64,000 nucleotides of DNA from the human T2T-CHM13v2.0 reference genome, Homo sapiens. The stretch is taken from assembly GCF_009914755.1 (NCBI RefSeq), contig NC_060926.1. One strand, written 5' to 3'. This document shows positions 45,766 through 58,320 of the stretch, one piece after another; the first letter of the stretch is position 1, and the number at the start of each line of letters is the position of its first letter. The notes under the pieces were generated by a model, which did not search any database, was not told the origin of the DNA, and saw nothing but the letters and a program-made list of their open reading frames with translations. The position numbers were made by a program, and so were the translations under genes.

Positions 45766-47732
45766 CAGAAAAGAGGAAAAATATAATTAAAATGGGAGAC
45801 ACTGGAACATGAAGGTGGACAATGTTAATGTTCATGGTTGGGTAGAAAAAGTAAGGTTGGAATATTAGAGGAGAAAGAAAATGAGAAATTAAGGACATAG
45901 AAAAAAAGTCTAACAGAATGCTACTTTACAAAAGGTAGGAGGATCAAAAAATCAAGTGAGATGTGTGTATAACACTAAATGCCACAGGTAAAGCTGGGAT
46001 CGTGGGAACTAGAAGGGCGGATGAGTAAAGAATTGAAAGAGGTATCGTCACTGGTAGAACAAAGTCTCATAGAAGATAGAAGATAGGGGTTTGTTGTCAC
46101 ATGAACCTACACAAATTTTTAATGTTAAGTAGTCATGGTGTTCATTCCTAAACCTCTTTCTCATTCTCTGTTGATTTTTAATAGTTACTTTTTAAAATTT
46201 TAACTGAATATATACAGTATCTTCTTGAATATTTACAAAAGCATTAGTTAGATTTTATTAAATGTTCTTATGTTCCCTCAACTTTCTTTATTTCCTCTTA
46301 ATTTGTGTATCTTGTTATCTTACTGATAATTTTTCACATCTATATATTTCTGTGGTTCTATTTTTTTAAAAATAAAACTTCAAGAAATAGTTTGAGACAA
46401 TATTTAATATTTAACCATGCATATATAATTTATATATCCTTCATTATAGAAATAGTTCTGAAATTAAATGTCAGCACTATCAACTAGAAAATATTTTTGT
46501 TACCCAACAACTGAAGGCTTGTGCTATAGGGAAACAAAATTATCTCAGCTCTTAAGAATATTACAAGCCAGCTGGAAAAAAAATTATATAATACATTTAC
46601 AAATACTAGTGACCCAAACAACATTCTTAATTGTTAGTTTCTCCTCCCAAACCATTTTTTATCTCAAACCATTATCTCTCAACCGATTTATTTGCAGGAA
46701 CTTTGTCCTGCCTCCTTACCTCAATCATTATCCTTTGCATCCTGCTTAGTTATCAAATTAACCTTAATGTTGGACTCGAAATCATGTGGCTTCTCTGTTT
46801 CCATTTAATAGAACCCAACTTTACTAGACTTTCAAAATTCCAGAATTCTATTAACCAATATTTCTAGGATTGTAATTAATTGTTAAGAATGACAGTAGCC
46901 AGAGAGATTTATTTTCTCCTCAAATTACCAAGGCAGTTTTCATCCATATATAGAAAGTAGCCAAATTAAGTAATTTTTGGCTCATACACTACTAAAGTGT
47001 TTTCCTGGGTTGTGTTTCCAGAAAACCACCTGTACTATATATAAATAAATATAATCTGAAAAGAAAGTGAGGAGAAATTTAGTGATCAAATAAATATAGT
47101 GACTTCCACAACCTTAAAAAGGCTAATGTACATTGGAAAATGCGGTGGATTGTTCAGATAGCATTTCCAAAATTTATAAGACAAGGAAAATTTTTCTTGT
47201 AATTTTATCGCTTTGTGAATCGAGACAAGAGTGATATTCAAATCTTTTTGTTCTACTCCCTCTTAAAATTTTGATAAGTGCTGTACTTTCTTACACATTT
47301 AAAGTTTGCATCTAAAATGTTTCTACTTCAGTTTAATTAGTTGTATGGATATAACATCCAACCCTGTAAAAGTTGACATTTTTGTAATAAAACTGTTGTA
47401 TTGCTTCTTAAAATGCATCCAATAGACTCTAAACACTATAACAATTTGCTATTCATAACTATTCATTTAAAATAAATGTGAATAAGCTCTTCTTTAATAC
47501 TTAGAAATTGTATATATTTTTATCTTTTTGAACTTGTATTTTTGTTCTACTTGCTACACAGCATTTTAGCCTAAAGTAATGTGTCATGCATAAAACTCTT
47601 TTATCTTAATACATAATGAATGAGTTAACTTGCCTTTCAGAAACCTGCAATATAAGTCCTGCAAGGCCTGCCATGGCTCATGCAAAGCAAGATCACCACT
47701 TCAGCCTGCTGCCTCTTGGGCTGCAATCTCTA

Positions 47733-48167
47733 CTACTTGCATGAGACCATTGAGACTGAACCCTCACACAACAAGTTAAACGAAGCAGCTTTATCACTCC
47801 CAGGTAGGCAGCAAAAGACAGCAGAAGCCTAGGATTCATGGAGAACCTGTTCTCCATGGCTCTGGAAACTGCCCAGGATGGATGGAGTCTTGTCTGCCTC
47901 TGCCCCCACCTGCACCACAGCTGAGGGACGCTGAAAAGCAGCCCGCCCTGGGTTTTATACCCTGAGGAAAAGATGACCACTGGGCTAAAGTGTTGCAGTA
48001 TGTTCTGTTTCTACAGTGACAAGAGCAGGGCCTGGGCTGTTCCAGTCAGTCACTCTCTATCTCAGAACATTACAATATCAGCACATTCTGCAGTTATCCT
48101 TGAGAATTACAAGTGAGAAAGGGTGGAAAACTTGGTTGGTCCAAGGCCACCCAGAAAACTGTCCGAA
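47733..48167 (-). mobile_element. Solo LTR (LTR47-like, ERVL)
   Basis: Reverse strand reads GGACAGTTTTCTGGGTGGCCTTGGACCAACC...CTTGTAATTCTCAAGGATAACTGCAGAATGTGCTG; TATAAAA box on -. Confidence 0.65.
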
Positions 48168-48778
48168 AGCTCCCCATTTCCTAATGAAGAAAATAAAAAT
48201 TTCTTGGTATAAATTTAAAGATTCTGTGATTGCCAATAAACTTTTCCATCCCTGTTTCATGATAGTAACTTTTCTTTTTTCTACACACTAGCACAAGTGA
48301 AATTCTCATGGTTCCTATCCTTGAGCTTCTTCAGGTACCTGTCTATAGGACCCTGTCTATTTTTCCAGAATGCCTGTTTGCATTTCTTTACTAATTCCCC
48401 TTTATTTCTGACTACTAAAATTCTGTGTACCTTCAAATCTCCACTTTGCACTTGTATGACTGTTCTCATACAATCATGAAAACTTCCTTTTTCTTTCCTC
48501 GAAAGGTAGTACTGTCTTGGTCCCAGTTACAAAACTTCTCTGAGAGCTGTCTCATGACACATGACATCACATTATTCTTCTTAGCTTAGCTATTTATATA
48601 TTTGTCTTGCCTGTCCTACCTGAACACCAAGATTCTTGAAGCCTTAACACTTATTCCCGACCTTTTAAATCTGTCACAATAAGAGCATATTTATTTTTTA
48701 ATTCAATCAGTAAACCTTTATTAATACATGGGCAAATAAGGTACTGACCTTGAACTCCCAATCAATAAAGGGCATTTT

Positions 48779-49236
48779 ATCAGTTAGGTGTTGCCACAGT
48801 AATTCCGATTCAATAAATACAATCTCAAACTATCAAAAAATTACTACACATACATTTACTTTTTTCTCTCCTCAGTGTGTGAATTAGTTGGAGTTTAGCT
48901 AGTTTGGGCTGGATTCAGCCATGCTTGTCTCTGGACTGCAGGTCAGGCTAGAGTAGGCTTGACGTGTCTAGTTCTGAGAACTGGGATGAAGGCACAGCAG
49001 CTACACAGCTGACAGGGTATGTCAGCTCATGGTTAGGACAGAGCACAAGAGGACAGGCCCCACCACACAGCACATTTCAAGATGCCAATTATGTCAAATC
49101 TTGTTAACATCCTATTGGAAAAAGCAAGTCACGTGGGCTAAGGGCTGGGAAACACACAGCACCCATTGTGGGAAGGCTATAAATGTACATTACTACAAGA
49201 GAGGAAAGAATTAACATCAAGAATTCAATCTGCCAT
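48779..49236 (-). mobile_element. MLT1H/I-type MaLR LTR
   Basis: TATCAGTTAG start, TTGGGCTGG, TAACATCCTATTGGAAAAAGCAAGTCACGTGG, ending CAATCTGCCA. Confidence 0.65.
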
Positions 49237-50466
49237 GACCATATAATTATTTGAATGAGAAGAGATTTATGAACGTTATGAAAAAGAAAATATCTTGTAC
49301 TAGAAAAAATGTTGTTGTTATTGTTTTCCACAGAGGAGATGACATTATTGCTGACATTTAGGGTGAACTGTTTTCCAGGTACTGTGGGCAGAGAAGCACA
49401 GTAAAATAGCAGAGGCTACTGCTTACAGGCACAGAGCAGAGCATTGGGATGAGACAGTTGGAGAGATGCTTAGTGTCACGGGCTGGATGGTACAGCATCT
49501 GTGAGACAAGATGGAGACAGAGGTACCCAGTGTTCTGAATTTGATGCTCATCCCGTTCCTTGACAAGACATTTGACTTTTGTAGACAATAGGTTACCAAG
49601 GTTTATTTGGCTTTACTGTTAATGTTTTCTAAAAATTGACCTGCTAACCTGTATTATTCATTTAATACGTGTTTTTAAATAAGGGAATGAATAAATGGAT
49701 AGTCACTTCCCTCCCTCCCTCCTTTCTACATTCTTTTAACAGGCAGATCCCTGAAAAAGGCTATGATGTCTTAGAGGGTTACGGAAATGCAGTAAAGTTA
49801 CAAATTATTTGTACATAGAGGTGGAGGCAAATAATAATATAGAGAAAAAAGAAACACTCACTGAAGCAACAGAAGCAGACTTGGCTCAGCCTGGCTCGTG
49901 GCCTCCGACTGTGCCCTAGAGGAGCTATTTGCTCGAGACCTACTCCAGGTTGGCCTGGCATGAACACGTGACTCTCATCTTCAGTTAGCGTGGCTCAGCG
50001 TCCAGATCAGCGTCTGCGGACACCCCTCACCACAGTGGCTGCCCTGGAGCTCTGAGAGCCAGGCTTGTGAAAATGGAACAGAAAAGGCCACTGGCTTCAG
50101 CTTGGTCCTCTGCCGCCACCTGTGTGCTGGAAGCAGCCACCGCACCGGACTGGAAAGCGCCTTGCTCTAGGGCCCTGGATGCAAGGTCTGAGGCAGCCCT
50201 TGAGGAATATGGGAGAGGGAAAGAAACTAGGGGAGCAGAGCCTTAGAAAGGCAGGCTCCTTATCGCCCCGTCCTGCAGAACTTTCCTCTGTGAATAAATT
50301 CAGAGATCCTCTGATACAGTGAAGGGAAGAAGAAACACTAACACCAGCCCAGAGCTTCTGGCCCAGAAACACAGCACTGGGTTGTGGATTAATCCACACT
50401 GTAAAGAAACTTTGAGATTGTTCAGCTAGTTCCATCAGAGCAGAAAGGGCATTTTAGAAATGAAAG

Positions 50467-50893
50467 ACTTGGAACCAACCCAAATGTCCAACAACGATAG
50501 ACTGGATTAAGAAAATGTGGCACATATACACCATGGAATACTATGCAGCCATAAAAATGATGAGTTCATGTCCTTTGTAGGGACATGGATGAAATTGGAA
50601 ATCATCATTCTCAGTAAACTATCGCAAGAACAAAAAACCAAACACGGCATATTCTCACTCATAGGTGGGAATTGAACAATGAGATCACATGGACACAGGA
50701 AGGGGAATATCACACTCTGGGGACTGTGGTGGGGTGGGGGGAGGGGGGAGGGATAGCATTGGGAGATATACCTAATGCTAGATGACGAGTTAGTGGGTGC
50801 AGCGCACCAGCATGGCACATGTATACATATGTAACTAACCTGCACAATGTGCACATGTACCCTAAAACTTAAAGTATAATAAAAAAAAAAAAA
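50467..50893 (+). mobile_element. Young 5'-truncated L1 (L1PA2-type), ~430 bp
   Basis: Very close to the recalled consensus; GATGACGAGTTAG (GAG, not the L1HS ACA/ACG) and CTTAAAGTAT; poly-A; perfect 11-bp TSD AGAAATGAAAG (50456-50466 / 50894-50904). Confidence 0.93.
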
Positions 50894-51879
50894 AGAAATG
50901 AAAGTGCAGATTCTCCTCTGCCTTACTGATTCTAAATGTATTTCTGTGGCATATGCAAAATGGACAAGAAGTTCTATTTAACAGAAAATGGAAACTGAGT
51001 CACAGAGAGGGTAAATAACATGGAAATATCAAATCATCTTGATCTGGCAACTGTGGAATAAAACTAAAGTCTTCTGAGAAATTTTTAGCTTCTAAATTAT
51101 ATTTATAACTGTTTCCAATATATTGGGCCAGTTCTACCTTGTAAAATAAACATCTATAATAACCACAACTGTTAATGAAATTACTCTTTCAGGTAAGTTC
51201 TAATTCCAAATATTCTTTTTTGGTTATTGTGCCATGTCAGACAGTATGACCTCATATGATTTTGAGGTCAGAGGCACATATTAATTTTGCTAAATTAGTA
51301 ATTCCATCTTGTTTGTAGAATTTGGAATCTTTATGTAATGCAGATTGCCAGGAGCTTAGATGGAGAATAAACCTCTTCACATAATCCAGGGCAGATCAAG
51401 TGACCCTGTGCTCAGAGGGTTTCAGGGGACCTAGGAAAGATTCCTAAATTACAAACACCTTACTTCCAGCAGAACAGCTCTCCTTCCATAATAAGTGGAA
51501 GTGCAGCAGCATATACCCAAGCAATACTATTGGTTTCAAATTATATTCTAATGTATATTTCTGATAATGCATTTTTTGTTTATTTTGTCTGATTTTTCTA
51601 GGGATTGAGTTTCATTACATCACCAGAGAAAAATTAAAAAGTGACATAGAAGAGCCACAGACTGACAAGCCTCAGAGTGCCTGTGGGAACATGGCAACTA
51701 GCCACAAGCTGGAAAGTCTGCCGCATTCTGAAGGGCTGCACTCACCTGCATGGGAGTCACTTGGCCATGCTCTGGCCATATGCAATCATGCCCAAATTAG
51801 TGCTATAGAAATTGAATTAATGCAATACAGTTTTAAAAAATGTGTTGTTCATTGTAATGGTCAGTCAATCAGCCTGGAC

Positions 51880-52090
51880 CACACTTCAGTCAACCTCCAC
51901 CATAGTTCAGATGCTATCAACTACTTACCACATGGCTTGAGGCAATTCACTTAGCCTCAAAGACTGTTTCCTCATTTGTTAAAATAAGGCTATTAGGAGT
52001 CATTTGTTAAGTCATAAGGTTTTTGCATGAGAACTGAATTGTCTTACAATGTCTGCCTGGCCCAAAATAAAAAGTCAATAAATATAAACT
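51880..52090 (+). mobile_element. MIR fragment
   Basis: CTACTTAC...GGCAATTCACTTAGCC...TGTTTCCTCATTTGTTAAAAT...GCCTGGC...CAATAAAT. Confidence 0.6.
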
Positions 52091-52633
52091 TTTTTTAATA
52101 TTAGATAAAAATTTTGTATAAAAAGCAAAAGATGCTGAGGAAATTTAGGAATGATTCCCCCTATAATGGAAGCAGGGTAAATATTCATAAAAATTCCTCA
52201 GTGAAAATAAGGCTAAGGTAAGGAATACACTAGAAGAACAAGGAAATTCCATTGAGTTAGCAAGGCATCAATACTGTGTATGTTTTGGTAGCAAGTTACT
52301 AAGCATACTTTGCTGCTTGCAGTTTGAGTGATCTGGGTGTAGTCCCTTAACCTCTCTGAGATTTGGTTTATTTATTTGTCAAAGGTTTATATTCCTATCT
52401 TTCAGATCTCATAGAATTTTTGTATCATAATAAATAGAACAAGTGAAAACATCTTATAAACTATCAAATGTATTACAAATTGAAATTTTCTTATGAGAAA
52501 AGAAAAGAAACGAGACAGATCTTAATATCTACTCAGAGAAGACGAACTTCCAGATAACCTTTTAGGAAAAGAAGGCTTTCAAATGGCAATGGAGAAGACA
52601 GAAAGGAGCTGGGATGTTCACAACCCATAACGC

Positions 52634-52859
52634 CGTGGTTCTCAGTAGATGTGAGAGTGTGCAGAAAATTAGCCTCCCAAGGGACTTTTGGTAATGTTGG
52701 AGATATTTTTGGTTGTCACAACTGGTGGGAATTACTAACTGGCACCTATACGGTGGATCCCAGGAATGCCATTAAATGTGTTCCAATGCACAGAAATGCA
52801 CCCAAAACAAATATTTACCCAGCCAAAAATATTAATAGTTCTGAGGGTGTCAAACCCTG
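52634..52859 (+). mobile_element. MER20 (hAT-Charlie)
   Basis: CGTGGTTCTCA...GGAGATATTTTTGGTTGTCACAACTGG...AATGCACAG...CCAGCCAAAAAT...AAACCCTG. Confidence 0.85.
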
Positions 52860-53295
52860 CTCTGTCAGATGAGTAGTTTGCATAGCAGATATGGAGATTT
52901 AGTCCAAAAACATCGGTGGATTATGAATGCTGGATGAGCAGTGGGGTCTGTAATGGTTAATTTTGTTTGTCAACATGAGCGGAATAAAAAATATCTAGAA
53001 AACTCGCAAGGCATTATTTTGTGAGGGTCTTTCCAGAGGAGATTGGCATTTTAGTCAGTGGAATTAGTAAGGAAAACCTGCCCTCAAGGTACATGAGCAC
53101 CATCCAGTTGGCTGAGGGACTGGATAGAACAAAAAATAGAGGAAAATATTTTTTTCTTTCTTTCTAGTTTGGAGCTGGAACATACTCTTCTTCTCCTCTT
53201 GAACATTGCAAGTCCAGCCTTTGGACTCCAGGACTTACAAAAAGATGCCCCACCCTGGGTTTCTCAGGCCTTCGATCTCAAACTGAGAATGACAG

Positions 53296-55604
53296 TAATA
53301 TGGTTTGGCTCTGTGTCTCCACCTAAATCTCATCTTGAATTGTACTCCTGTAATTCCCACATGTTGTGGGAAGGAACCAGTGGAAGATAATTGAATCAGG
53401 GGCAGGTCTTTCCTGTGCTGTTCTTGTGACAGTGAGTAAGTCTCACAAGACCTGAAGGCTTCATAAGGCATACTTTTCCTGCACAAGCTCTTTCTGCCTG
53501 CCACCATCCATGTAAGATGTGACTTGCTCCTTCTTGCCTTCTGCCATGATTGTGAGGCTTCCCCAGTCACGTGGGACAGTAAGTCCAATTAAACCTCTTT
53601 CTTTTGTGAATTGCCAAGTCTTGTGTATGTCTTTATCAGCAGTGTAAAAATGAATTAATACAGTAAATTTGTACCAGTAGAGTGGGGCACTGCTGTAAAG
53701 ATACCTAAAAATGTGGAAGCAACTTTGGAACTGGGTAACAGGCAGAGGTTGGAACAGTTTGGAGTGCTCAGAAGAAGATAGGAAAATGTGGGAAAGTTTG
53801 GAACTTCCTAGAGACTTTTTGAATGGCTTTGCCCAAAATGCTGAAAGTGATACAGACAATAAAGTCTGGGCTGAGGTGGTCTCAAATGGAGATGAGGAAC
53901 TTGTTGGGAACTGAAGTAAAGGTGACTCTTGCTATGTTTTTGCAAAGAGACTGGCTGCATTTTGCCCCTGCCCTAGAGATTTTTGAAACTTTGAACTTGA
54001 GAGAGATGATTTAGGGTATCTGGTGGAAGAAATTTCTAAGCAGCAAAGCATTCAAGAGGTGACTTGGGTGCTGTTAAAGGCATTCAGTTTTATAAGGGAA
54101 GAAGAGCATAAAAGTTTGGAAAATTTGCAGCCTGACAATGCAATAGAAAAGAAAATCTCATTTTCTGAGGAGAAATTCAAGCCAGCTGCAGAAATTGCAT
54201 AAGTAATGAGGAGCCGAATACTAATCTCCAAGACAATGGGGAAAAATGTCTCCAAGGTATATCAGAGTCTTCAGGGCAGCCCCGCCCATCATAGGCCCAG
54301 AGGCATAAGAGGAAAAGGTAATTTTTTGGGCTGGGCCCAGGGTCCCCATGCTGTGTGCAGCCTAGACTTGGAACCCTGCGTCCCAGCCACTCCAGGTGTG
54401 GCTGAAAGGGGTCAACACAGAGCTTGGGCAGTGGCTTCAGAGGGTGCAGGCCCCAAGCTTTGGCAGCTGCCACATGGTGTTGAGCCTGCAAGTGCACAGA
54501 AGTCAAGAACTGGGGTTTGGGAACCTCTACCCAGATTTCAGAGGATGTACGGAAATACCTGGATGCCCAGGTAGATGTTTGTTGCAGGGGTGGGACTGTC
54601 ATGGAGAACCTCTGCAAGGGCAGTGTTGAAGGGAAATGTGGGGTCAGAGCCCCCACACAGAGTCTCTACTGGGGCACCACCTAGTGGAACTGTGAGAAGA
54701 CAGCCACCATCCTCCAGACCCTAGAACAGTAGATCCACTAACAGCTTGCAACATACACCTGGAAAAGCCACAGACACTCAACGCCAGCCCATGAAAGCAG
54801 CCAGAAGCAGGGCTATATCCTGCAAAGCTACAGGGGCAGAACTACCCAAGACTGTGAGAGCCCACCTCTTGCATCAGTGTGACCTGAAGGTGAGACCTGG
54901 AGTCAAAGGAGATCATTTTGGACCTTTAAGATTTGACTGCCCTGCTGGATTTTGGGTTTGCATGGGGCCTGTAGCCCCTTTGTTTTGGCTAATTTCTCTC
55001 ATTTGAAATGGCTGTCTTTACCCAATACCTGTAACCCACATCGTATCTAGGAAGTAACTAGCTTGCTGTTGATTTTACAGGCTTATAGGTGGAAGGGACT
55101 TGCTTTGTCTCAGATAAGACTTTGGACTATGGACTTTTGGGTTAATACTGAACTGAGTTAAGACTTTGGGGGACTGTTGGGAAGGTATGATTGGTTTTGA
55201 AATGTGAGGACATCAGATTTGGAGGGGCCGGGGCGAATGATATGGTTTGGCTGTGTCCCCACCCAAATCTCATCTTGAAAACTACTCCAGTAATTCCCAT
55301 GTGTTGTGGGAGGGACCTGGTGGGAAATAATTGAATCATGGGGGCAGGTCCTTCCCGTGCTGTTCTTATGATAATGAATAAGTCTCATGCGATCTGATGG
55401 CTTTATAAGGCGAAGTTTTTCTGCACAATCTCTCTTTGCCTGCTGCCATCCACATAAGATGTGACTTGCTCCTCCTTGACTTCCACCATGATTGTGAGGT
55501 TTCCCCAGCCACATGGAACTGTGAATCCAATTAAACATCTTTCTTTTGTAAATTGCTGAGTCTTGGGTAAGTCTTTATCAGCAGCATGAAAACAGACTAA
55601 TACA
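53296..55604 (+). mobile_element. Full-length THE1 (THE1A/B) MaLR provirus: LTR 53296-53662, internal 53663-55237, LTR 55238-55604
   Basis: Two ~367-bp LTRs (T(G/A)ATATGGTTTGGCT...TAATACA), THE1-int starting GTAAATTTGTACCAGTAGAG, purine tract before the 3' LTR, perfect 5-bp TSD GACAG (53291-53295 / 55605-55609). Confidence 0.95.
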
Positions 55605-55799
55605 GACAGCAACTGCTTCCCTAGTTCTGAGGTCTTAGGACTTGAACTGAGCCACATAACCACCATCCCAGGATCTTCAGATTGCAGATAATCCGTAGCG
55701 GGACCTCTAAGCCCTCAAAATCATATGATCCAACTTCCCCAATAGAATATATATACACACACATGCGCATATATATATAATTATATATATATATAAAAT

Positions 55800-57670
55800 T
55801 TCAACTTCAAGCATCAACTTATACACTGATTTTTCTTTCCCTCATCCTCTCCTAATACAGCAAAAGCAACCCCTCCTCTTCCTCACCCTACTTAAAGTGA
55901 AAACAAGATGAAGACATTTATGACGTACCACTTCCACTTAATAAATATTAAGCATATTTTCTTTTCCTTATAGTTATATTTAAAAAATTCCCCTAGTTTA
56001 TTTTATTGTAAAAATAGAGTATATAATAACATACAGAATATATGTTAATCAATTTATTATGTTATCAATAATACTTCTGTATCTGGAATTGGTGGGTTCT
56101 TGGTCTCACTGACCTCAAGAACGAAGCCGCGGACCCTCGCAGTAAGTGTTACAGTTCTTAAAGATGGTGGGTCCGGAGTTTGTTCCTTCTGATGTTCGGA
56201 CGTGTTCAGACTTTCTTCCTTCTGGTGGATTCGTGGTCTCGCTGGCTTCAGGAGTGACGCTGCAAACCTTCGTGGTGAGTGTTACAGCTCTTAAGGCAGC
56301 ACGTCTGGAGTTCTTCATTCCTCCCATCTTGAGTTGTTTATTCCACCCGGTGGGTTCGTGGTCTCGCTGGCCTCCTGGTGGGTTCGTGGTCTCACTGGCC
56401 TCAGGAGTGAAACTGCAGACCTTCACAGTGAGTGTCACAGCTCATAAAGGCAGTTCCATCCCAAAGAGTAAACAACACAAGCTTTATTGCAAAGAGCGAA
56501 AGAACTAAGCTTCCACAGTGTGGAAGAGGACCTGAGTGGGTTGCCACTGCTAGCGTGGGCAGCCTGCTTTTATTCCCTTATCTGGCCCCACCCACATCCT
56601 GCTGATTGGTCCATTTTACAGAGAGCTGATTGGTCCGTTTTACAGAGAGCCGATGGGTCTGTTTTGACAGGGTGCTGATTGGTGGGTTTACAATCCCTGA
56701 GCTACACACAAAAGTTCTCCAAGTCCCCACTAGATTAGCTAGACACAGAGCACTGATTGGTGCATTTAAGAACCTTGAGCTAGACACAGGATGCTGACTG
56801 GTGTGTTTACAAACCTTGAGCTAGACACAGAGTGCTGATTGGAGGGTTTACAAACCTTGAGCTAGGCACAGGGTGCTGATTGGTGTGTATACAATCCTCA
56901 AGCTAGACATAAAAGTTCTCCAAGTCCCCACCCAACTCAGGAGCCCAGCTGGTTTAGCCTAGTGGAGCCTGCGTGCCAGGGCCGTGGGTGAAGCTGCCAG
57001 CCAGTCCCGTGCCACGTGCCTGCACTTCTCAGCCTTTGGGTGGTGGGTGGGACCTGGCACCCCCAGAGCAGGGGGCGGCGCCGGTTGGGGAGGCTCAGGC
57101 GGCACGGGAGCCCACCACAGGGAGGCAGATGGGGGCTTGGGCATGGAGGGCTGCATGCAGGTCCCGAGCCCTGCTCTGAGGGGAGGCAGCTGAGGTCCTG
57201 CCAGAATTCGAGCACCACGAGGGCGGGCCGGCAGTGCTGTGGGACCTGGCACACCCTCTGCAGCTGCTGGCCCGGGTGCTAAGCTCCTCACTGCCCCTGA
57301 CTGGTGGCGCCGGCTGGCGGCTCCAGGGCCCTCCAAGCTGGCGGCCACCTGGAACTCACGCTGGCCAAGGCGCTCACAGCCCCAGTTCCTGCCCACGCCT
57401 CTCCCTCCACACCTCCCCGCAAGCAGAGGGAGCCAGCTCCGGCCTCGACCAGCCCAGAGAGGGGTTCCTACAGTGCAGTGGCGGCCTGAAGGGCTCCTCA
57501 AGCATGGCCAGGAGTAGGCGCCGAGAGCGATTGAGGGCTGCTAACACGCCATCACCTCTCACTTCCTCTTAACAGTAGGCTGTTATGATTAAGTTTTGCA
57601 GGAGTCAAAACATGTATACGAATTTTACTGAGCAGCACTCCTAACCTTCATGTTGCTTAAAGGCAAACCA
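55800..57670 (+). mobile_element. Tigger2a (MER28-like) DNA transposon split by LTR12
   Basis: CAGCAAAAGCAACCCCTCCTCTTCCTC, CCACTTCCACTTAAT and TATGTTATC..CTTC, resuming AACAGTAGGCT...AAGTTTTG..GGAGTCAAAA after the LTR. Confidence 0.8.
56078..57561 (-). mobile_element. Solo LTR12-family (ERV9) LTR, complete, 1484 bp
   Basis: Termini TGTATCTGGAATTGGTGGGTTC and TCACCTCTCA; GCTGATTGG repeats; CTGCTTTTATTC promoter core; perfect 4-bp TSD CTTC (56074-56077 / 57562-57565). Confidence 0.95.
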
Positions 57671-57909
57671 TATATCCTGTTGGTTCTGTTTCTCTGGAGA
57701 ATCTTGAACTAATACAGGAACTTTTATATACAATGAGAAACTAAAATTTACTTGTCAAGAAGTGATGAATTGTGCTTAGTGAAGAAAGACAATCACTCTC
57801 GATATAATCCTGTGGCTATAAATTAGCAAGTAGATATATGCAATTATTTATTGTAGACTAAAGATAAATAAGATACTAAATAGATTAGAATTGAGTCACT
57901 CTGTTTCTA

Positions 57910-58320
57910 TATTGTTGTGTTTTGAGGAGTGAGTCTCAATAGTCTTTCTCATCAACACCATTTCCAGTGAGACTTCACTATCCATTGAGGGTAGGACACG
58001 TGGGGGATTGAAGTTATTTATCCCCTTGGGCTAGTCATGGCCCTGTGATTTGCTTTTTATCCAATGAAATGAGATCAGAGTGGGGCGTGCCAGTTGTGAA
58101 GAAAAGTCTTTAGGAACTGTTATGCAATACACCATGCTCGGTTTCTTCTCTTGCCATGTGATACAAGCTATTTTTTCAGATGTTGCAAATATAAGATGGT
58201 GGCGCTTCCTGACTGGTACATGAGAATGCCTGACTCTATCTTAGCTGAGCATTGCCATGGAAAATTCAGGTGTTTAGGACTCAGATATATATTGGCTTGT
58301 GTTACCCAGATAATTAATGA
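57910..58320 (+). mobile_element. Old MLT1 (I/J-like) LTR
   Basis: GGCCCTGTGATTTGCTTT..CCAATGAAATG, CACCATGCT..TTCTCTTGCC, ending TTGTGTTAC. Confidence 0.5.

Larger units (their letters stand above)
52949..57716 (+). mobile_element. MLT2B-type ERVL LTR split into three pieces (52949-53295, 55610-~55795, 57671-57716)
   Basis: Starts TGTAATGGTTAATTTT..TGTCAAC and ends TCCTGTTGGTTCTGTTTCTCTGGAGAA..ACTAATACA; sequence is continuous across the insertions. Confidence 0.85.

Noticed and set aside
50467-50893. L1HS-Ta (currently active subfamily)
   Set aside because: It has GAG rather than ACA/ACG, and A rather than G, at the 3'UTR diagnostic positions
53169-55666. Cluster of 60-159 aa ORFs
   Set aside because: Typical chance or relic frames of THE1 LTR and internal sequence; fragmented on both strands
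56937-57572. Longest ORF (180 aa) and overlapping ORFs
   Set aside because: All are within the GC-rich part of the LTR12; low-complexity Pro/Ala/Arg/Gly products with no recognisable domain
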